Shown: positions 30,886 to 41,700, counted from the stretch's first letter. The stretch is 64,000 nucleotides of DNA from Flavobacterium sp. (GCF_039595935.1 NZ_JBCNKR010000006.1:1693284-1757283); one strand, 5' to 3'. Notes: a model not told the origin generated them from the sequence alone. Numbers and translations are program-made.

Positions 30886-33150
30886 ATGGCTTTTGATATC
30901 GAAATGATTAAAAAAGTGTACGAAAACATGCCGGCCCGCGTAGATAAAGCTCGCGAGCTTGTTGGTCGTCCGCTTACATTAACAGAGAAAATTTTATACA
31001 ATCATCTTTGGGATGGAGCTCCATCTAAAGTTTTTAAAAGAGGAGTAGATTATGTAGATTTTGCACCAGACCGTGTAGCGTGTCAGGATGCAACAGCACA
31101 AATGGCATTATTGCAGTTTATGCATGCTGGAAAATCTAAAGTAGCAGTTCCTACAACAGTACACTGTGATCACTTAATTCAGGCAAAAGTAGATGCTGCG
31201 ACCGATTTGGCAAGAGCAAAAACACAAAGTAATGAGGTTTTTGACTTCTTATCTTCAGTTTCAAATAAATACGGAATCGGTTTCTGGAAACCGGGAGCCG
31301 GAATTATACACCAGGTAGTATTAGAAAATTACGCTTTTCCTGGCGGAATGATGATTGGTACCGACTCTCATACTGTAAATGCAGGTGGTTTAGGAATGGT
31401 AGCAATTGGTGTAGGTGGAGCTGATGCCGTAGACGTAATGTCAGGAATGGCTTGGGAGCTTAAATTTCCTAAACTTATCGGAGTTAAATTAACGGGTAAA
31501 TTATCAGGATGGACAGCTCCAAAAGACGTAATTCTTAAAGTTGCCGGAATTCTTACTGTAAAAGGAGGAACGGGAGCCATTGTAGAATATTTTGGAGAAG
31601 GTGCAACAGCAATGTCTTGTACAGGAAAAGGAACTATCTGTAATATGGGGGCAGAAATTGGAGCTACAACTTCAACTTTTGGTTACGATGCTTCAATGGG
31701 GCGTTACCTTCGTTCTACAAACAGAGCTGAGGTTGCCGATGCTGCAGATAAAATTGCTTCATACTTAACAGGAGATGCTGAGGTATATGCAAATCCAGAG
31801 CAATATTTTGATCAGGTTATCGAAATTAATTTATCAGAATTAGAGCCTCACTTAAACGGTCCTTTTACACCGGATTTAGCTACGCCGATTTCTAAAATGA
31901 AAGAAGAAGCGATTAAAAATAATTGGCCATTACAAATTCAGGTTGGATTAATAGGTTCTTGTACCAACTCTTCTTACGAAGATATTTCTCGTGCAGCTTC
32001 TTTGGCAAGACAAGTAGCAGATAAAAACTTAAAAACAAAAGCAGAGTTTACCATTACTCCGGGTTCTGAAGTAGTTCGTTCAACTATTGAAAGAGACGGA
32101 TTTATTGATACTTTTAATAAAATTGGGGCAACTGTTTTTGCGAATGCCTGCGGACCATGTATTGGTATGTGGGATAGAGAAGGAGCCGAAAAAGAAGAAA
32201 GAAATACAATCGTACACTCTTTCAACCGTAACTTCTCAAAACGTGCAGACGGTAACCCAAATACATTAGCTTTTGTTGGTTCTCCAGAATTAGTAACAGC
32301 AATGGCAATTGCAGGAGATTTAGGATTTAACCCGTTAACAGATAAATTAATCAATGAAGATGGGGAAGAAGTAATGCTTGATGCGCCAACTGGAGACGAG
32401 CTTCCTTCTAAAGGTTTCTATGCAGAAGATCCGGGATTCCAGGCTCCAGCAGAAGACGGTTCAGGTGTTCAGGTTGTGGTAAATCCAACTTCTGAGCGTT
32501 TGCAATTGTTGGCTCCGTTTGATGCCTGGGACGGTAAAAATATTACAGGTGCTAAATTGTTAATCAAAGCATTCGGAAAATGTACTACCGACCATATTTC
32601 TATGGCTGGGCCATGGTTACGTTTCCGCGGACACTTAGATAATATTTCTAACAATATGTTGATTGGAGCTGTAAATGCTTATAATCAAAAAACAAACTCA
32701 GTTAAAAACCAATTAACAGGTCAATACGATGCTGTTCCTGCTGTGGCTCGTGCTTATAAAGCTGCCGGTGTTCCGTCTATTGTTGTGGGAGATCATAACT
32801 ATGGCGAAGGTTCATCTCGTGAGCATGCTGCTATGGAACCTCGTTTCTTAGGAGTTAAAGCTGTTTTGGTAAAATCATTTGCTCGTATTCACGAAACAAA
32901 CCTTAAAAAACAAGGTCTTTTAGGTTTGACTTTTGCTAACGAAGCTGATTATGATAAAATTCAGGAAGACGATACAATTAACTTCTTGGATTTAACAGAA
33001 TTTACTCCGGGTAAACCATTAACATTAGAATTTGTTCACGCAAATGGTACAAAAGATATTATTTTGGCAAACCATACTTATAATGAAGGACAAATTGGAT
33101 GGTTTGTTGCAGGATCTGCTTTAAACTTAATTGCAGCTGGAAAAGCTTAA
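30886..33150 (+). CDS. aconitate hydratase, monomeric mitochondrial/AcnA-like type
   Basis: 754 aa; [36 protein letters not shown] and C-terminal swivel domain. Confidence 0.9.
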   Translation: MAFDIEMIKKVYENMPARVDKARELVGRPLTLTEKILYNHLWDGAPSKVFKRGVDYVDFAPDRVACQDATAQMALLQFMHAGKSKVAVPTTVHCDHLIQAKVDAATDLARAKTQSNEVFDFLSSVSNKYGIGFWKPGAGIIHQVVLENYAFPGGMMIGTDSHTVNAGGLGMVAIGVGGADAVDVMSGMAWELKFPKLIGVKLTGKLSGWTAPKDVILKVAGILTVKGGTGAIVEYFGEGATAMSCTGKGTICNMGAEIGATTSTFGYDASMGRYLRSTNRAEVADAADKIASYLTGDAEVYANPEQYFDQVIEINLSELEPHLNGPFTPDLATPISKMKEEAIKNNWPLQIQVGLIGSCTNSSYEDISRAASLARQVADKNLKTKAEFTITPGSEVVRSTIERDGFIDTFNKIGATVFANACGPCIGMWDREGAEKEERNTIVHSFNRNFSKRADGNPNTLAFVGSPELVTAMAIAGDLGFNPLTDKLINEDGEEVMLDAPTGDELPSKGFYAEDPGFQAPAEDGSGVQVVVNPTSERLQLLAPFDAWDGKNITGAKLLIKAFGKCTTDHISMAGPWLRFRGHLDNISNNMLIGAVNAYNQKTNSVKNQLTGQYDAVPAVARAYKAAGVPSIVVGDHNYGEGSSREHAAMEPRFLGVKAVLVKSFARIHETNLKKQGLLGLTFANEADYDKIQEDDTINFLDLTEFTPGKPLTLEFVHANGTKDIILANHTYNEGQIGWFVAGSALNLIAAGKA

Positions 33151-33180
33151 AACTTAAAATTAGATTATTTCTATAAAAGG

Positions 33181-33209
33181 AGCGCTTTGTGAAAACAGAG
33201 CGCTTTTTT
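33181..33209 (+). terminator. intrinsic terminator after the second aconitase
   Basis: AGCGCTTTGT/ACAGAGCGCT stem, GAAA loop, T-run. Confidence 0.75.
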
Positions 33210-33434
33210 AATTTTTGTAGTAAAAAAATGTAAAAAATGTAACCGTCAGAGGGTCTAAGAGTTATGGTCGTTTTGAGTATAAACTTGTAAAATTGAGGTA
33301 AATTAGTTGTTAAAAAATGTGTATTTTTTAGTTTAAAAAGTTAAATTCGCCTTTTAGGTAATATATTTACGCTTTTTGAGTTTGAATTTTTACCTAAACT
33401 TAAAAAAGAATTGGTGGAACTTTAATAAGTAAAT

Positions 33435-34586
33435 ATGGTTTTTAGATTAATTATAGTATTGTTTTTTGTTAGTGTTGGAGCTTTCTCTCAGGAAAAATTT
33501 ATCAAGCACAAAATCTCAAAAGGAGAAAACCTTACTGTAATTGCTAAAAAATACGGAGTAAAAGCAAAAGATATTCAAGAAGCTAATCCCAATGCTCCAA
33601 AAGTTCTAAAACTAAACTCGGTTTTACTTATTCCGAATAAGAATGTAAAAAAGACTCAGGATCCTGCACAATCAATAGCAGATAATACTACTAATACTTC
33701 TGGCACCCACGAAGTTTCACAGAAAGAAACACTTTGGGGAATCTCTAAAAAATACAATGTTTCTGTTGAGGACTTAAAAAAAGCAAATCCCACGCTGGAA
33801 AATGAAGGTTTGAAAATTGGACAGCAAATTATTATTCCATCTAATAATGCAGCAGTTTCAGAAAAAGAAACTAAAAGTTTAGATACCGAAAAACAGGAAA
33901 TAATTCCTTCTACAGATGTTGAAATTGCGGTAGAAGTTCTGCCAAAAGAAACAAAATACGCAATCGCAAAAAAATACGGAATTACTGTAAAAGAATTAGA
34001 AAAGCAAAATCCGTTTATTAAAGGAAAACTTCCGGTTGGCTATGTTTTAAAAATAAGGACGACCAAGGAAAAGGCAGATGCGGCAAATGCAGTAATTTCC
34101 AACCAGCCTCAAATTAACGAAGGCCTGGAAACCCAAACTCAAATCGCAGATAATACGGTAGTTAAAAAAGATTCTACATTTGTTTTTAATGGAAATCATT
34201 CAGATCTAATAGATCAGTTGATTTTAAACGCTACAGAAAATATAGGAACCCGTTATCGATCGGGCGGAACTACAAAAGCAGGTTTCGATTGTTCTGGTTT
34301 AATGTTTTGTACTTTTGGTAATTTTGATATTAGACTGCCAAGAAGTTCAATCGAACAATCCCGTATAGGTACAGTTGTTACTTGTACAGAAGCACAAAAA
34401 GGAGATTTAATCTTCTTTAAAACAAATGGCAGACGCCGTATTAATCACGTAGGGATGGTCGTTGAAAATGCTGATGGAGAAATAAAATTTGTTCACTCTT
34501 CAACACATGGCGGCGTTATGATTTCTTCTACAAAAGAGCCGTATTACCAAAGAGCTTTTTCGCAGGTAAATCGTGTTTTACAATAA
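33435..34586 (+). CDS. LysM-repeat NlpC/P60 (C40) peptidoglycan hydrolase
   Basis: Signal peptide, three LysM repeats (HKISKGENLTVIAKKYGV etc.), C-terminal GFDCSGL..HVGMVV catalytic Cys/His. Confidence 0.85.
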   Translation: MVFRLIIVLFFVSVGAFSQEKFIKHKISKGENLTVIAKKYGVKAKDIQEANPNAPKVLKLNSVLLIPNKNVKKTQDPAQSIADNTTNTSGTHEVSQKETLWGISKKYNVSVEDLKKANPTLENEGLKIGQQIIIPSNNAAVSEKETKSLDTEKQEIIPSTDVEIAVEVLPKETKYAIAKKYGITVKELEKQNPFIKGKLPVGYVLKIRTTKEKADAANAVISNQPQINEGLETQTQIADNTVVKKDSTFVFNGNHSDLIDQLILNATENIGTRYRSGGTTKAGFDCSGLMFCTFGNFDIRLPRSSIEQSRIGTVVTCTEAQKGDLIFFKTNGRRRINHVGMVVENADGEIKFVHSSTHGGVMISSTKEPYYQRAFSQVNRVLQ

Positions 34587-34979
34587 ATAATTACTTTGAA
34601 CATATTCTCTCAGTTTATCGATTGGAAAAGGTTTGTTTAAAAAATCTTTTACATATTCATTTCTTCTAATTTGCTGAATTTCATCCTGATCTAAAGTAGA
34701 AGAAACAACGTAAATCTGAATTTCTTCTTTGATTTCCTCGTTTAAAGTTTGAAATATATCCAGAAACTCTAAGCCATTCATTATTGGCATTTGAATATCT
34801 AACAGAACAATTAATGAGCTGTAGTTCTTTTTATTTTTAATAATCCATTGCAAGCCTTCAAGTCCATTATTGGCTACAAAAACTTCGTCAATATCAAGAA
34901 CCTTTTTCAGCAGTTTTTTGGTAACGAGCTGATCAATTAAATTGTCTTCGATTAATAAAATGTTAGTTTTAGACTCCAT
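34578..34979 (-). CDS. stand-alone response-regulator receiver protein
   Basis: 133 aa CheY-like; ILLIEDN, LDIQMP; start overlaps the upstream kinase gene by 11 nt. Confidence 0.85.
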   Translation of the reverse strand: MESKTNILLIEDNLIDQLVTKKLLKKVLDIDEVFVANNGLEGLQWIIKNKKNYSSLIVLLDIQMPIMNGLEFLDIFQTLNEEIKEEIQIYVVSSTLDQDEIQQIRRNEYVKDFLNKPFPIDKLREYVQSNYLL

Positions 34980-36402
34980 ATGAAGCAGGGATTGTTACAA
35001 CAAATTTACTTCCAATATTACTTTCAGAAAATACAGAAATATTTCCCTTTATATTTTCAACAGCTTCCTTCACGATATATAGACCAAGTCCGGAACCTTT
35101 GTTTTTGTTAGTTCCAAAATACATTTCGAAAATATAATCCTTGCAGTCGTCATTAATTCCGATTCCATTATCAGAAACTTCAATTTTATTAAAGCCATCA
35201 AGAATATAGGTTTTAATTGAAATAAACATTTCCTGCTTGCTATTGTCGGCATATTTAATAGCATTAGAAAGCAAATTGCTGATGATGATTTTTAAACGCA
35301 AACCGTCACTTTCAATTTGATCAACCAATAATTCTTGTTTGAAAGTAATTTTGCTGGCGTTTTCAATATGCATTAATTGAGAAATAGCTTCATTAAATAT
35401 CTCCTTCAAACTTACAGGTTCCATTATAATCTGTTTTCTTTTGTTTTTAGAGTAATCAATAATGTCACTTATAAATTGATCCTGTTTGGCCAGGCTTTGA
35501 TGCATTAAACGCAGATAGTCTCGTATTTGGTCTACATCATCTTCTAGCTGAGTGATTTCGATTAATCCTTTTAAAGATGTAATAGGCGATCTTAGGTCGT
35601 GTGATGCGCTGTATACAAAACGATCCAGTTCGTGATTTACCAGTATTAAATTCTCATTTTTAACTTCAATTTCCTTTTTAGAAACAATTAATCGTTTCAC
35701 CATTATTGAATAATAAGAACAAACGCTTAAAATGATGATTAGGGTAAAAATGAAATTCGTTAAGATTAAGAGATTCTTTATTTTCCGGGTTCCTTCGCCT
35801 AAAGTATTAGAAAAATTACGCTCATTGATGGTAAGTTTGGCGCTTATGCTGCTAATTAAACGAAGAAATTTTTTTTGGTCAGCTGTAGTTAATGTGTTGT
35901 GCTGAATTTTAGCATTAATTTGAGTTCCAATTATAAAAAGCTTTTCTATTAGTAGATCTCCCTGTTCCCATTCGTGGATTGCTTTTGCTAAAAAAGAAAC
36001 TTTTTTGAAATTAACAAATAGCCATACGATATCATTTAAGTCATCTTTGTGATTCCGGCCAATTAAAAAGCCCTGCCGCGCCACTTGATTGTCGCCGGCT
36101 TTCAACAATGTTTTTCTGGCAATTCCGTCACCTTGCGGAACCTTAAGTTCTTCAAGATATAATTTATATTGATTTGGATCTTTATTGTATAGATAAGTAA
36201 TCAGGTGAAGTGAAGCGTCTTTTTGTCCTTTTGAATAATGTGACTCGCCGTTTACATAAGCCCTGTTTGCTGATAATATTTTTATAGTAAAAATATTAAT
36301 GCATATTAATAATGCACAGGAAATGAATACGATTAAAATAAGGATGAAAACATTTGGTAAACGCATGTTTTTTAAAGATCGAATCTTATACAGCAATTTC
36401 AT
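34969..36402 (-). CDS. sensor histidine kinase (two TM helices, unassigned sensor domain)
   Basis: 477 aa; H-box SASHDLRSPITSL, N/G boxes (NAIKYAD, DNGIGI, GSGLGLYIV). Confidence 0.85.
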   Translation of the reverse strand: MKLLYKIRSLKNMRLPNVFILILIVFISCALLICINIFTIKILSANRAYVNGESHYSKGQKDASLHLITYLYNKDPNQYKLYLEELKVPQGDGIARKTLLKAGDNQVARQGFLIGRNHKDDLNDIVWLFVNFKKVSFLAKAIHEWEQGDLLIEKLFIIGTQINAKIQHNTLTTADQKKFLRLISSISAKLTINERNFSNTLGEGTRKIKNLLILTNFIFTLIIILSVCSYYSIMVKRLIVSKKEIEVKNENLILVNHELDRFVYSASHDLRSPITSLKGLIEITQLEDDVDQIRDYLRLMHQSLAKQDQFISDIIDYSKNKRKQIIMEPVSLKEIFNEAISQLMHIENASKITFKQELLVDQIESDGLRLKIIISNLLSNAIKYADNSKQEMFISIKTYILDGFNKIEVSDNGIGINDDCKDYIFEMYFGTNKNKGSGLGLYIVKEAVENIKGNISVFSESNIGSKFVVTIPASYGV

Positions 36403-36811
36403 ATTAGTAGGTTAATATTAATATTCGGTCTTATATCGAGCTTGCATGATTTTTCCTTTTTAGAATAGTTTTGAGGCGGACTATTTTAAAAACGAAAAAA
36501 TAAACAATTGTTAATTAAATTATTTAAATTTTAAGACTTGTAATGTCTTTAATCAAATTTAGTAAAAAAATATTATGTTTTTACACGACGATCATTTTTT
36601 CCTGTTAATTTTTAGAAACACAAAATATTTAATTTAACTAATTGTTTATTAGGTTTTTATTTGATTTTTGCTAAAATCTTTTTTATTAAAAAGAGTGATT
36701 CTAAATAAATATGCATGCATAATAATATAACACGTGTTTTCAAAAAAGTATTTCTTTTTGTTTAACTATGATTAGGTGCGTTTTTTAACTCAACCGTTTA
36801 TAAAAGAGCAT

Positions 36812-36853
36812 AAAAAAACTATAATTAAAATGAAATCATTTCAATTATAGTTT
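36812..36853 (-). terminator. intrinsic terminator ending the 37557-to-36876 minus-strand unit
   Basis: AAACTATAATT/AATTATAGTTT stem; T7 run on the minus strand. Confidence 0.65.
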
Positions 36854-37050
36854 CGAATTAAAAGGTTTAAGGAACTTATTTCTCTTCTTTTTTCAAAGAG
36901 TTTAATATTTCTTTCATTTCTGAAATATCATCTGCAGAACAATTCATTTTTGATAAATGTACATTAACAAACAAATCATCGCCAAACATAGCATAACCAT
37001 ACATAGGTTTTGAGTAACATTTGAATTGCCAATTTATATAACATTCTTTA

Positions 37051-37557
37051 CTATCGTCTTCTGGGAGTACTTCTTGTATGAGGGCTTACATAAGTTCCAT
37101 TTTTTCTAGTATAACCTTTAACATGTACAGATCCTCCTGAAATGTTGGAAGAAGCGTTATTTGTGGATGTGTGATAATTGCTGCTAGAAGAATTATAATT
37201 ATTAGTTGTATTAGCATTGCTGTAAATTGGATTTATAGCCCATCCTTTATAGTTTTTCCATTTAATTTTTCTGTACTTTTTACTGCTCGTATTTATATAT
37301 GCACCATATCCTTTTGGGATTACAGCAATAGATTCTGTTCCTTCTTTAGAAGTATAAATAGTTGTGTCTTCATCAATATTTACAAAGTAATAGTTGCTGG
37401 AACAAGAATGCAATGTGAACAGAATCAGTGTAAAGAATATTCTTTTCAAGATAAATGATAGACAGTTATTTAGTCTTAGAAAATTTACAGATTGAATATT
37501 TTTTTCTGTTAAAATTAAAGTTTTGTTATTGTGTCTGAAATAATTTATAAACGTCAT
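37051..37557 (-). CDS. hypothetical SH3-like lipoprotein with Asn/Ser-rich and basic C-terminal tail
   Basis: Longest ATG ORF is 168 aa; an in-frame TTG at 37449 would give a canonical lipoprotein signal MKRIFFTLILFTLHSC (132 aa); tail ...VHVKGYTRKNGTYVSPHTRSTPRRR. Confidence 0.55.
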   Translation of the reverse strand: MTFINYFRHNNKTLILTEKNIQSVNFLRLNNCLSFILKRIFFTLILFTLHSCSSNYYFVNIDEDTTIYTSKEGTESIAVIPKGYGAYINTSSKKYRKIKWKNYKGWAINPIYSNANTTNNYNSSSSNYHTSTNNASSNISGGSVHVKGYTRKNGTYVSPHTRSTPRRR

Positions 37558-37817
37558 AATTTGAATGTTTTAATTTGATTCCTCAAATGTAAATTCTTCA
37601 ATAAATAATATTTTATGGAAAACCGTAATTATAATTTTTTATTGAAAGAGTGAGAGATAGTTATCCTTTTACGAAGAAAATAAGAGTAAAAAATATAAGC
37701 GAAAGTCTGACTCGAAGGAGCATGTCTTAAAATGCATTTAAGAATCCCAAAATTTATAACAGAAATTATAAAATTTCAGAAAAAAGTATATCTTTAACCA
37801 ACCCTAAAACCAAAAAA

Positions 37818-39230
37818 ATGCAAGAAAACGAACAAGAACATTTTAAACGAGAACTCGGATTATTAGATGGAACCATGCTGGTGGTTGGTTCTATGATTGG
37901 ATCCGGGATTTTTATTGTAAGTGCTGATATCGCAAGACAAGTAGGCTCCGCCGGATGGCTGACATTAATCTGGCTAATTTCGGGCTTAATAACAATTATT
38001 GCCGCCGTAAGTTATGGCGAATTAAGCTCAATGTTTCCAAAAGCGGGAGGACAATATGTGTATCTCAAAGAAGCTTACAATAAATTAATTGCTTTTTTGT
38101 ATGGCTGGAGTTTTTTTGCCGTAATTCAAACCGGAACAATCGCTGCTGTTGGAGTAGCATTCTCAAAGTTTGCTGCCTATCTTTATGAGCCATTAAGTGA
38201 TGAAAATATACTTTATGAATTAGGCTCTTTCAAGCTCAATGCAGCGCAATTAGTATCAATTTTCACGATAATTTTACTGACTTTTATTAACAGTAGAGGT
38301 GTTAAAAACGGAAAAATTCTTCAAACTGTTCTTACTATTATCAAAATCTTATCATTGTTTGGTTTAATCATTTTTGGATTAACACTTGCAGCAAAAGCTT
38401 CGGTTTGGGATACTAACTGGGCCGATGCATGGACGACACGTAATTATAATACTGAAAGTGGATCTTGGCTGCCAATAAGCGGAACGGCTTTGATTACCGG
38501 AATTTCAGCAGCAATGGTAGGATCGTTATTTTCAAGTGATGCCTGGAATGGAGTAACTTTTATTGCCGGAGAAATTAAAAATCCACAGCGAAATGTTGGT
38601 TTGAGCTTATTTCTTGGAACTTTTATAGTAACGATTATTTATGTTTTAACCAATATTATGTATTTGGCTGTAATTCCATTAGACGAAATTGCAACAGCTA
38701 AATCAGATCGTGTTGCGGTTGTAGCAGCGCAATATATTTTCGGAAACATCGGAACATTGATTATTGCTATTATGATTATGATTTCGACTTTTGCCTGCAA
38801 CAACGGATTAATCATGGCGGGTGCGAGAGTGTATTATACGATGGCAAAAGACGGTTTGTTCTTTAAGAAAGCTGCCGTTTTAAACGAATCAAGCGTTCCT
38901 GCGTGGGCACTTTGGGCACAGTGTATTTGGGCTTCGGCTTTGTGTCTAACAGGTAAATATGGAGATTTATTAGATTTTGTAATCATTATCGTTTTGATTT
39001 TTTACATTTTGACAATCTACGGAATCTTCATTTTGCGTAAAAAAATGCCGGATGCCGAAAGGCCTTATAAAGCATTCGGATATCCGTTTTTACCTATGCT
39101 TTACATTGTTACAGCAACAGCAATTTGTGTTTCTTTATTAATTACAAAATTTTCTACTTGCGGCTGGGGAGTTTTAATTATGCTGACAGGAATTCCGGTT
39201 TATTATTTAACAAAACCAAAAGAAGACTAA
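37818..39230 (+). CDS. APC-superfamily amino acid permease
   Basis: 470 aa, 12 predicted hydrophobic segments, GSMIGSGIFIVSADI motif. Confidence 0.85.
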   Translation: MQENEQEHFKRELGLLDGTMLVVGSMIGSGIFIVSADIARQVGSAGWLTLIWLISGLITIIAAVSYGELSSMFPKAGGQYVYLKEAYNKLIAFLYGWSFFAVIQTGTIAAVGVAFSKFAAYLYEPLSDENILYELGSFKLNAAQLVSIFTIILLTFINSRGVKNGKILQTVLTIIKILSLFGLIIFGLTLAAKASVWDTNWADAWTTRNYNTESGSWLPISGTALITGISAAMVGSLFSSDAWNGVTFIAGEIKNPQRNVGLSLFLGTFIVTIIYVLTNIMYLAVIPLDEIATAKSDRVAVVAAQYIFGNIGTLIIAIMIMISTFACNNGLIMAGARVYYTMAKDGLFFKKAAVLNESSVPAWALWAQCIWASALCLTGKYGDLLDFVIIIVLIFYILTIYGIFILRKKMPDAERPYKAFGYPFLPMLYIVTATAICVSLLITKFSTCGWGVLIMLTGIPVYYLTKPKED

Positions 39231-39252
39231 GAACTTTTTTCTATAAAACTTA

Positions 39253-39297
39253 AACCGCAGACTAGATGAATTTTAATCATTTAGTCTGCGGTTTTCT
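39253..39297 (+). terminator. intrinsic terminator
   Basis: AACCGCAGACTAGATGA/TCATTTAGTCTGCGGTT stem followed by TTTT. Confidence 0.75.
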
Positions 39298-39461
39298 TAT
39301 ATAAATTAAAAGGATTCTACATTTGATTTTTAATACTTAGTGCTGAAGTAAGAATTAAGAAACCAAGCTGTAGAAATCCTTTAAAGAATAACTATTTAAA
39401 ATGAAAATTTAAAAAACCTGATTAAGATTGTTCTAGATTTTCATATTAATTGAAAATTGAA

Positions 39462-40205
39462 TTATTTAACAGAATAAGGAAGTGAAAGATTGCCACTTGC
39501 AACAGTATAAACTTTGTAAACGCCCAGCATTGGTTTACTGCCTTCACTTTCATGCGAACCTCCGGCGCCGGTGCTTACTTCCATATAACAACTTACAGCA
39601 TCAAATTTGAAGTTGGTTTTATTATTGATTCTAAAATCAGGAACAATTACTTTTATTGAATTTCCTTTAGAAACAATATTAAAACCCGGACTATCCATAT
39701 ACATCGCCATTCCTGGATTTGTAGGCGGAAGCACAACATTAGGATCCCCTTTTTTAAATTCTTTAACCGAAAGTCCGCCGCCAACACGTTTATCTTCTAC
39801 CAAAAGCACCCAGTGTGCATGCCATATTAAACCATCATTAAGATAATTTCCGTCAAGATTTTCATCCCAAAGAGGCGTGTCTTCAAAATCAGGATGTGAG
39901 GTTAACCCCAAAGCCACAATTCCCTCGACTTCGCCAAAACCAATATCAGACGATTTTAAAGTTGTTGGAAAAACATACGCTAAAACAGGAGCTCCGTTTA
40001 GTTGTCCAACAGGTTTAGGCATTGTTTTCCCTGCAGTTCCTTCTACTTTAATATCCCACACCGTAATTCCCAAATCGGCTTTGTGAGTTATAGAAGCAGA
40101 TTTTATTTTAAAATCACTATTGTTATAAGTACCGCATTTATCGCAGGCTATTAAAGCAGTATAATTGAAAAAAATGATGAGCAAGATAAACATTGATTTT
40201 TTCAT
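39462..40205 (-). CDS. hypothetical secreted protein/lipoprotein, no family recognised
   Basis: 247 aa, signal peptide ending ALIAC, beta-rich; HPDFEDTPLWDEN..DG..WHAHW segment. Confidence 0.6.
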   Translation of the reverse strand: MKKSMFILLIIFFNYTALIACDKCGTYNNSDFKIKSASITHKADLGITVWDIKVEGTAGKTMPKPVGQLNGAPVLAYVFPTTLKSSDIGFGEVEGIVALGLTSHPDFEDTPLWDENLDGNYLNDGLIWHAHWVLLVEDKRVGGGLSVKEFKKGDPNVVLPPTNPGMAMYMDSPGFNIVSKGNSIKVIVPDFRINNKTNFKFDAVSCYMEVSTGAGGSHESEGSKPMLGVYKVYTVASGNLSLPYSVK

Positions 40206-40390
40206 GATGTATGTGGTTTAATGTTAATTGCTTTTGAAAAAAACAAGATACATGCCACATGAACAATGCCCTAAAAACAGAGACTTTGAAGCATTTTTAA
40301 GTTTTTAATGAAATATTATATATCGTAAATAAGGCTTTATTTAGTGAAATTTCGTTAAAGTAGAGAGGGAAAATTGTTTGAATTTTCAGC

Positions 40391-40424
40391 AAAAAAAAGA
40401 CACTGTTTAGAAAACAATGTCTTT
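40391..40424 (-). terminator. intrinsic terminator after the DUF1810 gene
   Basis: AAGACACTGTT/AACAATGTCTT stem (one mismatch); T8 run on the minus strand. Confidence 0.65.
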
Positions 40425-40454
40425 TAGAATGTAAAAAATCAATGAGACTGTACT

Positions 40455-40916
40455 TTATACAATTGCAGGCTCTAGAGATGATTCTATAGTTGAATTAATA
40501 ATTGATATCGTAAGCGGATCTGATTCTCCGGAGAAAAAAGCATCCAGAACTTCCTGAAATATCGGGTTTGCATTTTCAGTTAAAGAAAACAAAGTCATAC
40601 AAGAACGTAATTTTCGGGCATCTAAATCGCCAAAAATCCCATCTGCAGATTTCATTTTAAAGGTTAACAGCAATTCTGAAATTTCGATTAAATGTTTTCC
40701 TAAAATTGGATGTTCTAAATAATCTGAAGCTTCTTTTAAATCGTTAATGGCATACAAATTTGCTGTATCACTTGTACCCAATCCTTTAATTTGCGGAAAA
40801 ATAAACCACATCCAATGCGTCTCTTTTTTCCCTTTTCCGATTTCAGAAAGAGCGGTAAGATAAAGTTTGTTCTGCGCATCTAAGAAGCGCGCTAAATCAT
40901 TGTTTGAATAAGCCAT
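40455..40916 (-). CDS. DUF1810-like protein
   Basis: 153 aa; LARFLDAQ....Y..AL.E...G.K..HWMWFIFPQ..GLG pattern recalls DUF1810 (recognition only). Confidence 0.65.
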   Translation of the reverse strand: MAYSNNDLARFLDAQNKLYLTALSEIGKGKKETHWMWFIFPQIKGLGTSDTANLYAINDLKEASDYLEHPILGKHLIEISELLLTFKMKSADGIFGDLDARKLRSCMTLFSLTENANPIFQEVLDAFFSGESDPLTISIINSTIESSLEPAIV

Positions 40917-41073
40917 TACGGTATTATATTTTTTAAAAAGGTTGCAAAAATAGTAAAAAAGGAGAGTTCAGCCTAATAAAACGTTCATACAATCAGTATT
41001 TTAACTTTTTTCGACAGAATTTTCTTCATCAGTTTTGAGTTAATAAATCAGCTAGTTTTTAGTTCTTAATGAA

Positions 41074-41700
41074 TTACACATTACGGTACGTTTGCCTAAA
41101 AGTTAAATTTATTCTGGGTAAAACTTTACGTGCTGTTTTGGGAACATGGTGCTGCCAAAAACTATTTGTAGTTCCCGCCATTAGTAAGAAAGAACCATGA
41201 TGAAGCGGTATTTCAACCAGCGGAATATCTTTCCTGAATTTATGACGGAGTTTAAACATTCTAGTTTCTCCAAAAGTAACAGATGCTATAATTGGGTCTT
41301 TGCCACACTTATCTTCTTTGTCGCTGTGCCAGCCTACGCCATCTTTTCCGTTTCGATATAAATTTAATAGAAGACTGTTAAAGTCAAGCTGGGTTTCTTT
41401 CTCAACACGGCTTCTGATTTTTAATAATTCATACGTCCAGTCAGGCCCGTTTGGATCAGCACCAACGTTGTCTTTATCCTCATACCAGGCAATCATTCGG
41501 GGTACGGTATACGTTTTATCGTAAATCTCCATTTCATATTCTCTCCATTTGGTCTTACGCAGTATTCGTTCATAAAAAGAATCAGATTCTTCTTTGCTGA
41601 AGAAATTATCAATCAGAATCAGTTCACAGTCCGGAAGATCAAATATTTTTTTACCTCCGTGTCCGGTAGTAAATAATTCGGTGTCGCTAAATAGTGTCAT
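41074..41700 (-). CDS. alkB: alpha-ketoglutarate/Fe(II)-dependent dioxygenase AlkB
   Basis: 208 aa; NLYRNGKDGVGWHSD, HH..PK, RINLTFR (H-x-D...H and the 2OG-binding Arg). Confidence 0.85.
   Translation of the reverse strand: MTLFSDTELFTTGHGGKKIFDLPDCELILIDNFFSKEESDSFYERILRKTKWREYEMEIYDKTYTVPRMIAWYEDKDNVGADPNGPDWTYELLKIRSRVEKETQLDFNSLLLNLYRNGKDGVGWHSDKEDKCGKDPIIASVTFGETRMFKLRHKFRKDIPLVEIPLHHGSFLLMAGTTNSFWQHHVPKTARKVLPRINLTFRQTYRNV

Noticed and set aside
34578-34586. 9-nt overlap of the convergent 3' ends of the LysM hydrolase and receiver genes, with no terminator between them.
   Set aside because: It is real in the sequence but a common compact-genome feature. There is no further evidence of antisense regulation.
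37558-37817. 260-nt leader of the second amino acid permease inspected for a riboswitch (lysine, glycine, SAM-type cores).
   Set aside because: I could not identify conserved riboswitch core sequences or a convincing terminator/antiterminator pair by eye. An Rfam scan would be the decisive test.
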